Below, in pieces: positions 18,064-28,362 of a stretch of DNA of 64,000 nt. A program made the position numbers and the translations under genes. Below the pieces are notes generated by a model that worked only from the letters and a program-made list of their open reading frames with translations, had not been told where the DNA came from and searched no databases. How positions within the stretch are numbered: the first letter of the stretch is position 1; each line of letters starts with the position of its first letter. Location: positions 101,905-165,904 of the forward strand of contig MFNK01000003.1 in NCBI GenBank assembly GCA_001782045.1. The letters are read 5' to 3'. Source of the stretch: Candidatus Levybacteria bacterium RIFCSPHIGHO2_01_FULL_36_15b. GTDB lineage: Bacteria > Patescibacteriota > Microgenomatia > Levybacterales > UBA12049.

Positions 18064-20070
18064 TTAGTCGGGGTAAATTTTTTTGTCGCTTAATTTAACA
18101 CTTTCGACAAGTTTTGGATAGTCGCTTAATTTATTAAAAATTTGCATAGCAGCTTCTTTTGTTTTTTGAATTAGGTCCAAATCTGAAAAACTAGCAATTT
18201 TAAGCATAGGAATTCCATGTTGCATTGTGCCGTAAATATTTCCGGGACCTCTTAATTTTAAATCAAGCTCGGCAAGCTTTGGGCCCGAATAAATTTGTTC
18301 CATTGCTTTAAGTCTTTTAAGCGTTTGAGGATTAGTGCTTGATGTAAATAATAGGCAAAATGATTGTTTATTGCCTCGTCCTACTCTTCCCCGCAGTTGA
18401 TGAAGCTGAGCCAGTCCAAAGCGTTCTGATTCCTCAATCAGCATTATAGTTGCCGAAGGGATATCAATTCCCACCTCAACTACAGGAGTTGAAACAAGAA
18501 TATCCAACCTTCTGTTTTTAAAAGCACTTAAAACATCTTCTTTTTCCCTTGATTTAAGTTTTCCGTGTAAAAGTCCAAGTTTTAAGTCAGAAAACACTTC
18601 GCTAGACAATCTTTCAAATTCTTTTTTTGCCGCTTTAACCGTAGTCATATTTTCCGACTCCTCAATTAAGGGGCAAATTATAAATACCTGGTCATTTTCT
18701 TTTTTTACTTTACCTTTTATCCATTCATATGCGTTTTCTCTTTTTAAAGGAGGTACAAGCCATGTTTTAATATTAATTCTTCCTTTTGGCATCTCATCAA
18801 GAATAGATAAGTCTAAGTCGCCATACATAGTAAGCGCTACGGTTCTTGGTATTGGAGTTGCAGTCATTGTTAAAAGATGCGGATTTTGACCCTTAAGACG
18901 AAGCATGGCTCTTTGCTCTACTCCAAATCTTTGTTGTTCATCAATCACGACTAATCCCAATTTGTCAAATTTTACCTTTTTATAAATAAGCGCATGAGTC
19001 CCAACAGCGACATCAAATCGCCTATTTATTTTCGATTCTGAAGAGAATAATTCTACAGCTATTCCCAAAGGCAAGAAAAGACTTGCAAGAGTTTTAAAGT
19101 GCTGCCTCGCTAGTATTTCTGTTGGTGCCATAAAAGCAGTCTGGAAACCGTTTAAATAAGCCACATAGGCCGCTATAGCTGCAACTACGGTTTTCCCGCT
19201 TCCTACGTCCCCCTCCAGCAATCTATTCATAGGCTTATCGCTATTTAAATCATTTAGTACTTCATCTACTGCTCTTTTTTGTGCCACCGTTAATTCAAAA
19301 GGTAAAGATTTTATAAAATCAGCGATTTTTTTATTAAATAACCCAACGTTCCACGGTTTAATTTTTTCTTTTTGCCATTCCCTTTTTCTATTTAAAGACG
19401 ACAAATGAAGCTTTAGCATTTCATCAAAAGACAATCTTTCCCGTGCTTTTTTAGCTTCATTCTGATTTTTCGGAAAGTGAATTGCCTTAATTGCACTTGA
19501 TAAATCGATCAAGTTATTATTTTTAATCAACTCGGCGGGTATATAATCGTCAAAGTTTTTAAGCTCTTCGAGTATCTTAAAAACCTGTCTTCGAATCCAT
19601 TTTGACGATACGCCTTTTGTTTCGGGATAAATTGGCACAAGTCTTCCGGTATGAATAGTTTGATTATTTAAAATTACTTCATAATCTGGAGATATCATAA
19701 TGAATCCGTTTTTTTCCTGCTGCACCTTGCCTGACAAAGATACTTCATCTTTTGCTTTTAATGCCTTTGGAATATAGGGCTGATTAAACCAAATAATATC
19801 AATTGTGCCTGTATTATCGCTGATTTTTGCTTTCTGTAGGCTTTTCCAGCGCCTGGTATAACTATTTTCAATTTTTTCCACCCTTCCTTTTATAGTAACT
19901 AGCTCACCTGCCTGGATTTGGTTAATTTGTGAAATTAGCGAATAATCTTCATATCTAAAAGGAATATGAAACAGGAAATCATATAACTTAAAAATTCCAA
20001 GCTTAGCAAGCCTTCGCGCGTACATTTTATACGACCTCGAAGCCCCTGTTATAGGCGTATTTAAATCCAT
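18064..20070 (-). CDS. recG: ATP-dependent DNA helicase RecG
   Basis: MNRLLEGDVGSGKT, MTATPIPRT, QLHQLRGRVGRG. Confidence 0.97.
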   Translation of the reverse strand: MDLNTPITGASRSYKMYARRLAKLGIFKLYDFLFHIPFRYEDYSLISQINQIQAGELVTIKGRVEKIENSYTRRWKSLQKAKISDNTGTIDIIWFNQPYIPKALKAKDEVSLSGKVQQEKNGFIMISPDYEVILNNQTIHTGRLVPIYPETKGVSSKWIRRQVFKILEELKNFDDYIPAELIKNNNLIDLSSAIKAIHFPKNQNEAKKARERLSFDEMLKLHLSSLNRKREWQKEKIKPWNVGLFNKKIADFIKSLPFELTVAQKRAVDEVLNDLNSDKPMNRLLEGDVGSGKTVVAAIAAYVAYLNGFQTAFMAPTEILARQHFKTLASLFLPLGIAVELFSSESKINRRFDVAVGTHALIYKKVKFDKLGLVVIDEQQRFGVEQRAMLRLKGQNPHLLTMTATPIPRTVALTMYGDLDLSILDEMPKGRINIKTWLVPPLKRENAYEWIKGKVKKENDQVFIICPLIEESENMTTVKAAKKEFERLSSEVFSDLKLGLLHGKLKSREKEDVLSAFKNRRLDILVSTPVVEVGIDIPSATIMLIEESERFGLAQLHQLRGRVGRGNKQSFCLLFTSSTNPQTLKRLKAMEQIYSGPKLAELDLKLRGPGNIYGTMQHGIPMLKIASFSDLDLIQKTKEAAMQIFNKLSDYPKLVESVKLSDKKIYPD

Positions 20071-20077
20071 AATTTAA

Positions 20078-20185
20078 TTATTGGGGAGGAGGTATAAAGG
20101 CAAGAACAGAAGTTGCAATCAAAGCAATAGAGGCAATTGCTACTAATACTTTCCAGATCCATTGGTGTTTTCTAAAAAGTTCCAT
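20078..20185 (-). CDS. small single-pass membrane protein (35 aa, below the ORF-track cutoff)
   Basis: MELFRKHQWIWKVLVAIASIALIATSVLAFIPPPQ; fills the gap between tyrS (4 nt) and recG (7 nt) on the same strand. Confidence 0.65.
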   Translation of the reverse strand: MELFRKHQWIWKVLVAIASIALIATSVLAFIPPPQ

Positions 20186-20189
20186 TATT

Positions 20190-21359
20190 TTATTTTACCA
20201 CAAGTCTTCTGAAAGTCCTTTTTCCTACTCTAAGAATCCCCTCCTTAATTTTATAACTAGAGTCTTTTATTTGCTTATTATTTAATGAGACTCCTCCTTG
20301 CTCTATTAATCTTTTTGCCTGTGATTTGCTTTCAGCAAGTTTAGTTTGAATGAGAATATCGGAAGCGGTAATGTTTTCTTTAATTTTAATCTCTAGAATA
20401 TTTCCCGGAGTTTCTCCCTCCTGAACAGTATTTTCAAAATCTTTTTGTGCAGAAGTTGCCTCTTTTTCGCCGTTTATGTCTTTGACGATTTCAAATGCCA
20501 ATTTCTTTTTAATATTAATCGGATTTTCCTTTTTTAATAATTTTTCTAAGCCATTTATAATAGAAAGAGATAAATTTGTACTCAAATTTAAATATTGAAC
20601 AATAAGTATGTCCGATATGGCCATCACCTTTGCGTATATATTTTTTGAGCTATCATCCAGCCAAATTGCATTGCCGTAAGATTTACTCATCTTTCGGCCA
20701 TCCGACCCTTCTAAGATAGGAGTAGTTAATACGAATGACTCTTTGTTTTTTATGTCTTTCAATAAGGTCCTTCCCGCCTGCATATTAAAAGTTTGATCTG
20801 TTCCGCCTATTTGAATATCCGTATTAAGCATCAAGCTATCGTAACCCTGCATGACAGGATAGAGTAGCTCATGTAGTCCGACCCTTTTGTTTTCTTTTAA
20901 TCTTTTTCTAATAAGTTCTCTGCCAATAAAATCTCCCGTACTAAAGTGCTGCATCAGTTTTAATATATCTTCAAAACCAAGCTGCTTTAGCCATTCGCTG
21001 TTATACTTAATTTTTACTTTTGAAAAATCGACTATTTTCTCAGCTTGGTTTTTATAAGTTTTAAAGTTTTCCTTAACCTCGTCTTTTGTAAGAGCAGGTC
21101 TTTCAGATTCTTTGTCCGAAGTATCTCCGATTAAGGCAGTAAAGTCTCCTATTAAAAAAGTAACGTTGTGTCCCAGTTCTGCAAATTGTTGAAGCTTGCG
21201 CAACGCTACTGCGTGTCCTAGATGTATTTTAGTAGATGTTGGGTCGATTCCTAAGTATACGTTCAATTTTTTTCCGCTCCTTAGTTTTCCCAAGAGAACA
21301 TTTTTATCAGGTATAATATTGGCTATACCTCTTTCCAGTATTTCTAAAGGCTTATCCAT
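20190..21359 (-). CDS. tyrS: tyrosine--tRNA ligase
   Basis: GIDPT..HLGH, YPVMQGYD, GGTDQ, KMSKS, C-terminal S4-like domain. Confidence 0.97.
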   Translation of the reverse strand: MDKPLEILERGIANIIPDKNVLLGKLRSGKKLNVYLGIDPTSTKIHLGHAVALRKLQQFAELGHNVTFLIGDFTALIGDTSDKESERPALTKDEVKENFKTYKNQAEKIVDFSKVKIKYNSEWLKQLGFEDILKLMQHFSTGDFIGRELIRKRLKENKRVGLHELLYPVMQGYDSLMLNTDIQIGGTDQTFNMQAGRTLLKDIKNKESFVLTTPILEGSDGRKMSKSYGNAIWLDDSSKNIYAKVMAISDILIVQYLNLSTNLSLSIINGLEKLLKKENPINIKKKLAFEIVKDINGEKEATSAQKDFENTVQEGETPGNILEIKIKENITASDILIQTKLAESKSQAKRLIEQGGVSLNNKQIKDSSYKIKEGILRVGKRTFRRLVVK

Positions 21360-21410
21360 AGCTAAAGTATAGCATAGAAGTTTAATTATTTGATATAATT
21401 CGAGATAGTA

Positions 21411-23789
21411 ATGCTTGACTATTCAAGAAGATCAAGAAGAAAGAATTATTTAACCTTCAGTTTCCCGCGATTTAATATAGGAGGGAATAGGTATTTTAGA
21501 AATACTTCTAAGATGACCCTCGCAAGCCGTCTATCTAAATACGCTTTTTTCGCAACCATAGGTTTTGTTGTTCTTATGATGGCGCTTTTTGTATGGTATG
21601 GAAGAAACCTTCCAGCTCCGGGAAAACTTATTGAAGTTCAGGCAAATCAATCCAGCGGAATTTATGATAGGAACGGAGAGCTTTTGTATTCGGTTTATCA
21701 AAATCAAAACAGAATTTATGTAAAGCTTAATGACATCCCAAAATATCTACAGCAAGGAACTATTGCAATCGAAGATAAAGATTTTTATACCAACAAAGGC
21801 TTTTCTATAACAGGTTACTTGCGAGCCGTAAGAAATTTAGTTCTTCTTCAGGGATTATCCGGAGGCTCTACCCTTACCCAACAGCTTGTAAAAAATGCTC
21901 TATTAACATCGGAGCGAACAATTCCAAGAAAAATTAAGGAATTAATGCTTTCTATTCAGGTAGACAGAAAATATTCCAAAGATCAAATACTAGAAATGTA
22001 TTTAAATGATGTCCCATATGGCGGAACCGCAATTGGGGTTCAAATAGCTTCTTTAATTTATTTTGACAAAGATGTAAAAGATTTATCCTTAGCAGAAAGT
22101 GCTTTTTTAGCCGGGCTTCCGCAATCTCCAAGCATTTACTCGCCATTCTCCGGAAATAAATACTATTTGCAAAGGACAAAAAATGTTTTGAATCAGATGG
22201 TTAATCAAGGATATATTACGCAGAAGCAGGCAGATAGTGCTTATAAAGAAATTGTGAGCAAAAAATTTACACAGTCGAATGTTGGAATAAAAGCACCTCA
22301 TTTTGTAATGTATGTTAAACAACAACTTGTAAAGCAATTTGGCGAGTCGGCTGTTGAAGCGGGAGGATTAAGAGTGACAACAACACTGGATTATAAAATT
22401 GAGAAAGAGGCAGAAAAAATAGTTAAGGAAGAAGTCGACAAACTTAAAAATTATAAAGTTGGAAACGGCGCAGCTGTTGTAACCAGTCCAAAATCCGGAG
22501 AAATTCTTGCAATGGTAGGAAGTGCTGACTATTTTGACACCGATAACGATGGTAATTTTAACGCAGCAACTGGTTTTAGGCAACCTGGTTCTTCTCTTAA
22601 GCCAATAACTTACGGAGTTGCATTTTCAAGAGGCTATACGGCTTCAACCCTTTTAATGGATACAAAAACCAATTTTAAGGCAAATGATTCTGAAAAAGAT
22701 TATATTCCCGTAAACTACGATGGAAAATACAGAGGTCCTGTTCAGGTAAGATTTGCTCTTGCAAATTCTCTTAATATTCCTGCTGTAAAAATGCTTGCTA
22801 TGGTTGGAGTTAAGAATGTAATGCAAAAAGGTTATGAGATGGGAATCGAAAACTGGCAGCCAACAGAAGAAAACCTTAGAAACGTCGGGTACTCTCTAGT
22901 TTTAGGGGGAAGAGACGTAAGGCTTCTTGATGAGGTTCAAGTTTACGGTGTTTTTGCAAATGGTGGAACAAAAATTCCACTGACATCAATTTTAGAGGTT
23001 AAAGATGCTAAGGGAAATTTATTATATAAATATAAGCCCCCTCAAGCGCAAAGAATTTTTTCTGAAGAAATTTCATTTTTAATTTCCCATATACTTTTAG
23101 ATAATATTGCGCGAAGTGCAACTTTTGGAACGAATTCATATCTTGTAATTTTTGGACATCCAAGCGTTGCAGTAAAAACCGGAACAACGGATCAAAAAAG
23201 AGACAATTGGACAGTTGGATACACAAAAGATTATGTGGTGGCTACATGGGTTGGAAATAATAATAACACCCCAATGGGAAATATTACCTCTGGTGTATCA
23301 GGCGCCGCCCCGATTTGGAACAGGATTATGACTTTCGCATTAAGAGGAAAACAGGATGTTTCTTTTGATAAACCAGATAACGTAATTGCTATGCAAGTTG
23401 ATGCTTATGGAGGGGGTCTTCCCGTTGATGGCAGACCAACTAGAAGCGAATATTATATTAAAGGGACTGAGCCAACTGGTCCTTCAACGATTTATAAAAA
23501 GGTAAAATTATCAAAAAACCAAAGCGGAAAACTTGCAAATGATAAGGAGATAGAAAAAGGAGACTATGAAACAAAGGATTATATTGTATTTGACGAAGAC
23601 GATCCTATTTCAACAGATGGAAAAAATAGATGGGTAGAGGGTATTTCTGCATGGTTACGCGAAACTTTTGCTGCAGACCATCCCGAATATTACCCTCCAA
23701 CAGATGTTTCAGATTATAACCCTGGAGATTCAAAGAAAGAAGATACTCCAACCCCTACCATGACCCTTACGCCAACACCTACTCCCTAA
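21411..23789 (+). CDS. class A penicillin-binding protein (transglycosylase/transpeptidase)
   Basis: EDKDFY, GGSTLTQQLVKN, RKIKE; SSLK, SLN and KTGT. Confidence 0.95.
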   Translation: MLDYSRRSRRKNYLTFSFPRFNIGGNRYFRNTSKMTLASRLSKYAFFATIGFVVLMMALFVWYGRNLPAPGKLIEVQANQSSGIYDRNGELLYSVYQNQNRIYVKLNDIPKYLQQGTIAIEDKDFYTNKGFSITGYLRAVRNLVLLQGLSGGSTLTQQLVKNALLTSERTIPRKIKELMLSIQVDRKYSKDQILEMYLNDVPYGGTAIGVQIASLIYFDKDVKDLSLAESAFLAGLPQSPSIYSPFSGNKYYLQRTKNVLNQMVNQGYITQKQADSAYKEIVSKKFTQSNVGIKAPHFVMYVKQQLVKQFGESAVEAGGLRVTTTLDYKIEKEAEKIVKEEVDKLKNYKVGNGAAVVTSPKSGEILAMVGSADYFDTDNDGNFNAATGFRQPGSSLKPITYGVAFSRGYTASTLLMDTKTNFKANDSEKDYIPVNYDGKYRGPVQVRFALANSLNIPAVKMLAMVGVKNVMQKGYEMGIENWQPTEENLRNVGYSLVLGGRDVRLLDEVQVYGVFANGGTKIPLTSILEVKDAKGNLLYKYKPPQAQRIFSEEISFLISHILLDNIARSATFGTNSYLVIFGHPSVAVKTGTTDQKRDNWTVGYTKDYVVATWVGNNNNTPMGNITSGVSGAAPIWNRIMTFALRGKQDVSFDKPDNVIAMQVDAYGGGLPVDGRPTRSEYYIKGTEPTGPSTIYKKVKLSKNQSGKLANDKEIEKGDYETKDYIVFDEDDPISTDGKNRWVEGISAWLRETFAADHPEYYPPTDVSDYNPGDSKKEDTPTPTMTLTPTPTP

Positions 23790-25722
23790 CTTGAGCCTTT
23801 AATTTATCTTTTAATATTTTTAAAATTTCTAATCTTACTTTTGATACATCCTCTTTTGTTAGATTTTTATCAAAGTCCCGGTAAGTTATATGAAATGTTC
23901 TGCTTTCATTGTAAGAGTCTTTTAAATAAACTTCGTTAATAATTTTATTTACCGAACCGATTTGATTAATAATTTCCTCTGTATCTAATGTACTAATTAT
24001 GGATATATCTTCATGAATAGCAGGAAATTTAGCTAATGGTTTGTAAACTTTTTTTGTATTGGCAAGCTTAAGTAGAGTTGCAAAGCTTAATTCAAAGTCT
24101 ATTAAATTGGTATCTAAAATTTCAATTTCTCCTAAGAATTCATCTCCCTTAAGAATAGAGGCTCCAATGCCTGCTCTTTTTGAGTTTTTAAAAATTAAGT
24201 CTGTAATGCCAATATCTTTTAAGACTTCCTCAATTAGTCCTTTTACTTCATAAAAGTCAGCGTTTTCTTTTTTTATGATACCGGAAAACATCAGTGTTTC
24301 TTTTGGCAAATCCCCCGTCTTTTTTTCATAGGTGTTGCTTAACTCGAAAATTTTTATTTCGTTTATACCTTTATTTTCATCAATAACCTGAAGTAAGCTT
24401 GGTACAAGCGAATTTCTCATATATTGCATGTCTATGCTTAATGGATTTTTAATTTTCAAAGCATTTTCAATTGGCCCTTCAAACTTTTCTTCAGAGACTA
24501 GTGAATATGTATAAACCTCGTTAAAGCCCAAGTATTTCATGGCGGTTTTAATTTTGTTTTCAAAATAAAAAGAGTCGTGAAATTTATAAGGTCTATTATT
24601 AAAAAACGAAGGTATAATTGAAGGTAGATTCTGATATCCATAAATTCTTGCTATTTCTTCAATAATATCCTCTTCAATTTCCATATCGCCTCTTAAAGAT
24701 GGAACTTTCACTTCAAGCGTTTCTTTTACTTCGTTTACTTCAAATCCTAATTTTTCCAATATTTGCCTAGATTTATTTAATGGAATATCAACTCCTATAA
24801 CGTCGGTTATTTTTTTGTTTGTAATTTTTATACTTTTTTGTTCTCTCTTATTTGGATATATATCAAGTATTTTAGATTCTATTTTCCCATCAGCGTGTTT
24901 TTGATAAAGTTCAATACCTCTTAAAAGAGCAGTCATTGCAAGATTTGGGTCAATTCCCTTTTCATTTAAGATGGCTGCTTCGGTTCTAATTCCTAAATTC
25001 ATAGAAGTGTTTCTTATGTTTATAGGATTATTATTATCAACAAAAAATAAAATTCTTTTTGTATTTTCTGTAATAACAGAATTTTGGGATCCCATAACTC
25101 CAAGAAGGTCAACAATTCTTCCGTTTTCGTCCTTTGCAATAATGTCATCGCCAAAAAGAAAATGAGTTTTACCATCAAGAGTAGTTATTTCTTCCCCTTT
25201 TTGAGACCGGGTAATTGTTAAATATTTAGTATTTAACCTATCTAAATCAAAAACGTGTGTTGGATGACCTGTTTCTCTCATTACGTAATTTGTTATGTCA
25301 ATAATATTATTCAAAGACCTTATTCCGCAAGCCTCTAGCCTATCTGAAATTATTTTAGAAGATTTTCTTACTTTAACAGTCATAACAATTGCACATATTC
25401 TGTTAACGATTGTTGAGTCATTTTTAACCTCAATCGGAAAAGAATCAGTTGATTTAGCAAGAAGCTCAATCTTAAATGGACTAAATTTTGTTTCAATTTG
25501 CTCGTTATATAATCCTACATTCGCTTCTCTAGCAACTCCAGTAACAGACATCAGATCAGGTCTGTTTGTTGTTACCTCAATATCGTAAACAAAATCTTCA
25601 TTTATTTTTTGAATTTTTTCAACAGAAACAGATGTTTGAGATAAAACACTTGCTATTTGCTTTGTGCTTGCTTTAGTTTCCAAATATTCTCTTAACCATG
25701 ATTCGGGTATTAAAATATTCAT
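23779..25722 (-). CDS. pheT: phenylalanine--tRNA ligase beta subunit
   Basis: SWLREY, EVTTNRPDLMS, EEIARIYGY, NPLS..MRNSL. Confidence 0.95.
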   Translation of the reverse strand: MNILIPESWLREYLETKASTKQIASVLSQTSVSVEKIQKINEDFVYDIEVTTNRPDLMSVTGVAREANVGLYNEQIETKFSPFKIELLAKSTDSFPIEVKNDSTIVNRICAIVMTVKVRKSSKIISDRLEACGIRSLNNIIDITNYVMRETGHPTHVFDLDRLNTKYLTITRSQKGEEITTLDGKTHFLFGDDIIAKDENGRIVDLLGVMGSQNSVITENTKRILFFVDNNNPINIRNTSMNLGIRTEAAILNEKGIDPNLAMTALLRGIELYQKHADGKIESKILDIYPNKREQKSIKITNKKITDVIGVDIPLNKSRQILEKLGFEVNEVKETLEVKVPSLRGDMEIEEDIIEEIARIYGYQNLPSIIPSFFNNRPYKFHDSFYFENKIKTAMKYLGFNEVYTYSLVSEEKFEGPIENALKIKNPLSIDMQYMRNSLVPSLLQVIDENKGINEIKIFELSNTYEKKTGDLPKETLMFSGIIKKENADFYEVKGLIEEVLKDIGITDLIFKNSKRAGIGASILKGDEFLGEIEILDTNLIDFELSFATLLKLANTKKVYKPLAKFPAIHEDISIISTLDTEEIINQIGSVNKIINEVYLKDSYNESRTFHITYRDFDKNLTKEDVSKVRLEILKILKDKLKAQVRE

Positions 25723-26757
25723 TTAAAATTGCTCTAGGAAATCAAGCTTGTTTGAGTATATTAGTCTTAAATCATCTATGTTTAAATTCTCTCTCATCAT
25801 TAATACCCTTTCTACTCCCCATCCCGATGCAAAACCTTTATATTTTTCCGAGTCAATTCCTGCGTTTTTTAAAACATTAGGATGTACCATACCGGCACCA
25901 CCCATTTCAAGCCAACCCTCCTTGCAGAGCTTGCATCCTTTACCTAGACACACTGTGCATGTAATGTCTACCTCAAAAGAAGGCTCTGTAAATTCAAAAT
26001 GATAAGGACGGATTCTGGTTTTTATTTTTGAGCCAAAAAAAGATTTTACAAAGTAGTCAAGGGTTCCTTTTAGATGTGTAATTGATAAATTTTCGGAAAC
26101 AGCCAATGTCTCAAACTGATGAAACATCGGGGTGTGCCCTACGTCAATTTGTCTTCTATAGGTTTTTGCAATGTTTAACATTTTAATAGGAGGTTTATTC
26201 TCAAGCATTTCTCTAATCTGGCCGCTTGAGGTATGCGGGGTCAATAGCATCGGTCCAAACTTATCGTGTTCTTTCTCGTCGATAAAAAACGTTTCCCAGT
26301 CATCTCTTGCAGGATGGTTAAGTGGAAAATTTAAAGCAGTAAACGAATACCAATCCCATTCGACTTCCGGATACCTAACCCTCGTAAATCCGATGCTTTT
26401 AAAAATATCTGTTATTTCCTCAATTGCTTGAGTAACAAGATGTAGATGTCCGATTGGCTCTGCCTTTCCTGGACTTGTCACGTCAATTTTTTTGATAACG
26501 TGGCTTAGGTTTTTATTTTTTAACTTTTGTGTTTGAGATTCAATTGCTTGTTCAATTGTTTCTTTTACTTCATTAGCCAGCATCCCCACAGCTGCTCTTT
26601 TCTCTTGCGGTACTTTTTTAATTTCCTTAATGGTTAGCGTCAGCTTTCCACTTTTTCCTAAAAACTGAAGCTTCGTTTCTTCCAGGCTCTCAAGGGAGTC
26701 GGCTTCTAAAACAAAAGACAGAGCGGCATTTTTAATCCCTATAAGTTCTTCTTCCAT
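25723..26757 (-). CDS. pheS: phenylalanine--tRNA ligase alpha subunit
   Basis: HPARD, HTS, HTPMFHQ, FTEPSFEVD, GWGVER. Confidence 0.97.
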   Translation of the reverse strand: MEEELIGIKNAALSFVLEADSLESLEETKLQFLGKSGKLTLTIKEIKKVPQEKRAAVGMLANEVKETIEQAIESQTQKLKNKNLSHVIKKIDVTSPGKAEPIGHLHLVTQAIEEITDIFKSIGFTRVRYPEVEWDWYSFTALNFPLNHPARDDWETFFIDEKEHDKFGPMLLTPHTSSGQIREMLENKPPIKMLNIAKTYRRQIDVGHTPMFHQFETLAVSENLSITHLKGTLDYFVKSFFGSKIKTRIRPYHFEFTEPSFEVDITCTVCLGKGCKLCKEGWLEMGGAGMVHPNVLKNAGIDSEKYKGFASGWGVERVLMMRENLNIDDLRLIYSNKLDFLEQF

Positions 26758-26815
26758 ATTTTTAAGAATATCAAATCTAGCTCAATATTTCACTATTCTT
26801 ATAGATTCAAGGGGC

Positions 26816-27280
26816 TTAAGCAAGGGTACCTTTAATTACCTTTGTGAATTTATAAATTATGGTTTGCATAGATTGTTTCTCTAAATCATTAATAGCTTCT
26901 GTTTTGCACCCTTTTTTTAAGTCTGTAATAAGCTCAGGTGTCAATTCTCTATATGAATATCCATATATGTACCATAAAGCAGGTTTTAAAATGGTTTGGT
27001 TGAATTCATTTCTTACTTCTCTTCTCCCGTATTCAATGTGTTCATCTGTTAAGGCTAGAATAGGACTTTTTGTAAGCATAACTTTTTTGTCCGTGTGCTC
27101 GAAAAGTTTCTTAGAAAAAAGACCGCAACGCTCTGCTATTAGAATGCCAGAACGCGTTTCGCCTTGCATAGCTTTCAGATATCTTTCCATATCGATAATG
27201 GCAAGTCGGCCTTGGTCTTTTATAAATTTGGGTAAAGGAGGTTCTTCTAAACCGAAAAATCTTTTAGCTTCTATTAGCAT
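26816..27280 (-). CDS. hypothetical protein
   Basis: 154-aa ATG ORF with TTGACT and TAATAT upstream; no motif recognised. Confidence 0.6.
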   Translation of the reverse strand: MLIEAKRFFGLEEPPLPKFIKDQGRLAIIDMERYLKAMQGETRSGILIAERCGLFSKKLFEHTDKKVMLTKSPILALTDEHIEYGRREVRNEFNQTILKPALWYIYGYSYRELTPELITDLKKGCKTEAINDLEKQSMQTIIYKFTKVIKGTLA

Positions 27281-27365
27281 AGTGAAGATATTAGCAAAGA
27301 CCAGGTTCTAAGTCAATTTTTCTGCAATACTTTACATTAGCCTTTAAATTAGACAAACTTATAAT

Positions 27366-27824
27366 GTGTCGGAATATTCATCTGAATCAGCTTTTAGCAA
27401 TCAAGAGCTTGAAGGGCATATTGATAAGGCGCGCAGAATAGTAGTTGCGATGAATGTACTTAGATTGCCTGTCCGCTCAACATTTGTAGCTGACGATTTG
27501 AGGGCAGATATAAGAGATTCCCATCAGGATTATGGAAGATTTAGATTTTGGGGTTCGATTGAAAAAAAATTTCCATATCTTGGGTTACAAAATAATACGG
27601 CAATAATTAAAGATATTAAATTACCCGAGGAATTAAGAGAAAGGGGTTTGGGAAAAAAGTTAGTGTCTAAATGGGAAGAGGCGGCGTTAAATCAAGGTAT
27701 TCATAATTTTGTTATAACAAATCCAAGGGCCGAATCAGTAGGCTTCTGGGAAAAAATGGGATACGCAATTCCTAATGAACAGAGACAAAGAGCAGTTCCC
27801 TATTGCATGTTTAAAAGGAAATAA
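27366..27824 (+). CDS. GNAT family N-acetyltransferase
   Basis: RERGLGKKL acetyl-CoA motif, GFWEKMGY. Confidence 0.75.
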   Translation: MSEYSSESAFSNQELEGHIDKARRIVVAMNVLRLPVRSTFVADDLRADIRDSHQDYGRFRFWGSIEKKFPYLGLQNNTAIIKDIKLPEELRERGLGKKLVSKWEEAALNQGIHNFVITNPRAESVGFWEKMGYAIPNEQRQRAVPYCMFKRK

Positions 27825-28166
27825 TTATTTTACAGAAGCGACTATTTTCTTGAAGGTTTCAGGGTCGTTTACCACTAGATCCGCGAGAATTTTTCTGTCC
27901 AGTTCAATTTTATCCTTTTTAAGTTTATTCATTAAAACGCTATAAGAAATTCCCTGCAATTTTGCAGCTTCACCAATTCTAGTAATCCATAGCGTTCTTA
28001 TATTTCGCTTTTTAAGTTTTCGTCCATGGTATGCATAGGCACCTGAGTGCAAAAGTGCTTCCTTGGCTGTTTTAACGAGTCTATGCTTTGTTCCGCGATA
28101 GCCGCGGGTTAACTTAGCTAATTTATTATGTTTTCTTCTTGAAACTGTACCTCTTTTAACTCTCAT
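27825..28166 (-). CDS. rplT: 50S ribosomal protein L20
   Basis: MRVKRG, LWITRI, LDRKILADL. Confidence 0.97.
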   Translation of the reverse strand: MRVKRGTVSRRKHNKLAKLTRGYRGTKHRLVKTAKEALLHSGAYAYHGRKLKKRNIRTLWITRIGEAAKLQGISYSVLMNKLKKDKIELDRKILADLVVNDPETFKKIVASVK

Positions 28167-28167
28167 A

Positions 28168-28362
28168 TTATTGATTTCCTAACATTTGTTTTACTTTTTT
28201 TGCAAAAGTGCCTTTTAATATCCCAGGCTCTTTTTGCCTTCTGATTCTTGATTTACTTTTATTAAGCTTCTTATGGCTGCCATACTGGTGACTAAACAAA
28301 ACCTTGCCAGTTTTTGTAACCTTGAATCTTTTAGCTACTGACTTCTTTATTTTCTTTTTCAT
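28168..28362 (-). CDS. rpmI: 50S ribosomal protein L35
   Basis: KSVAKRFKVTKTGK; lies between infC and rplT. Confidence 0.93.
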   Translation of the reverse strand: MKKKIKKSVAKRFKVTKTGKVLFSHQYGSHKKLNKSKSRIRRQKEPGILKGTFAKKVKQMLGNQ

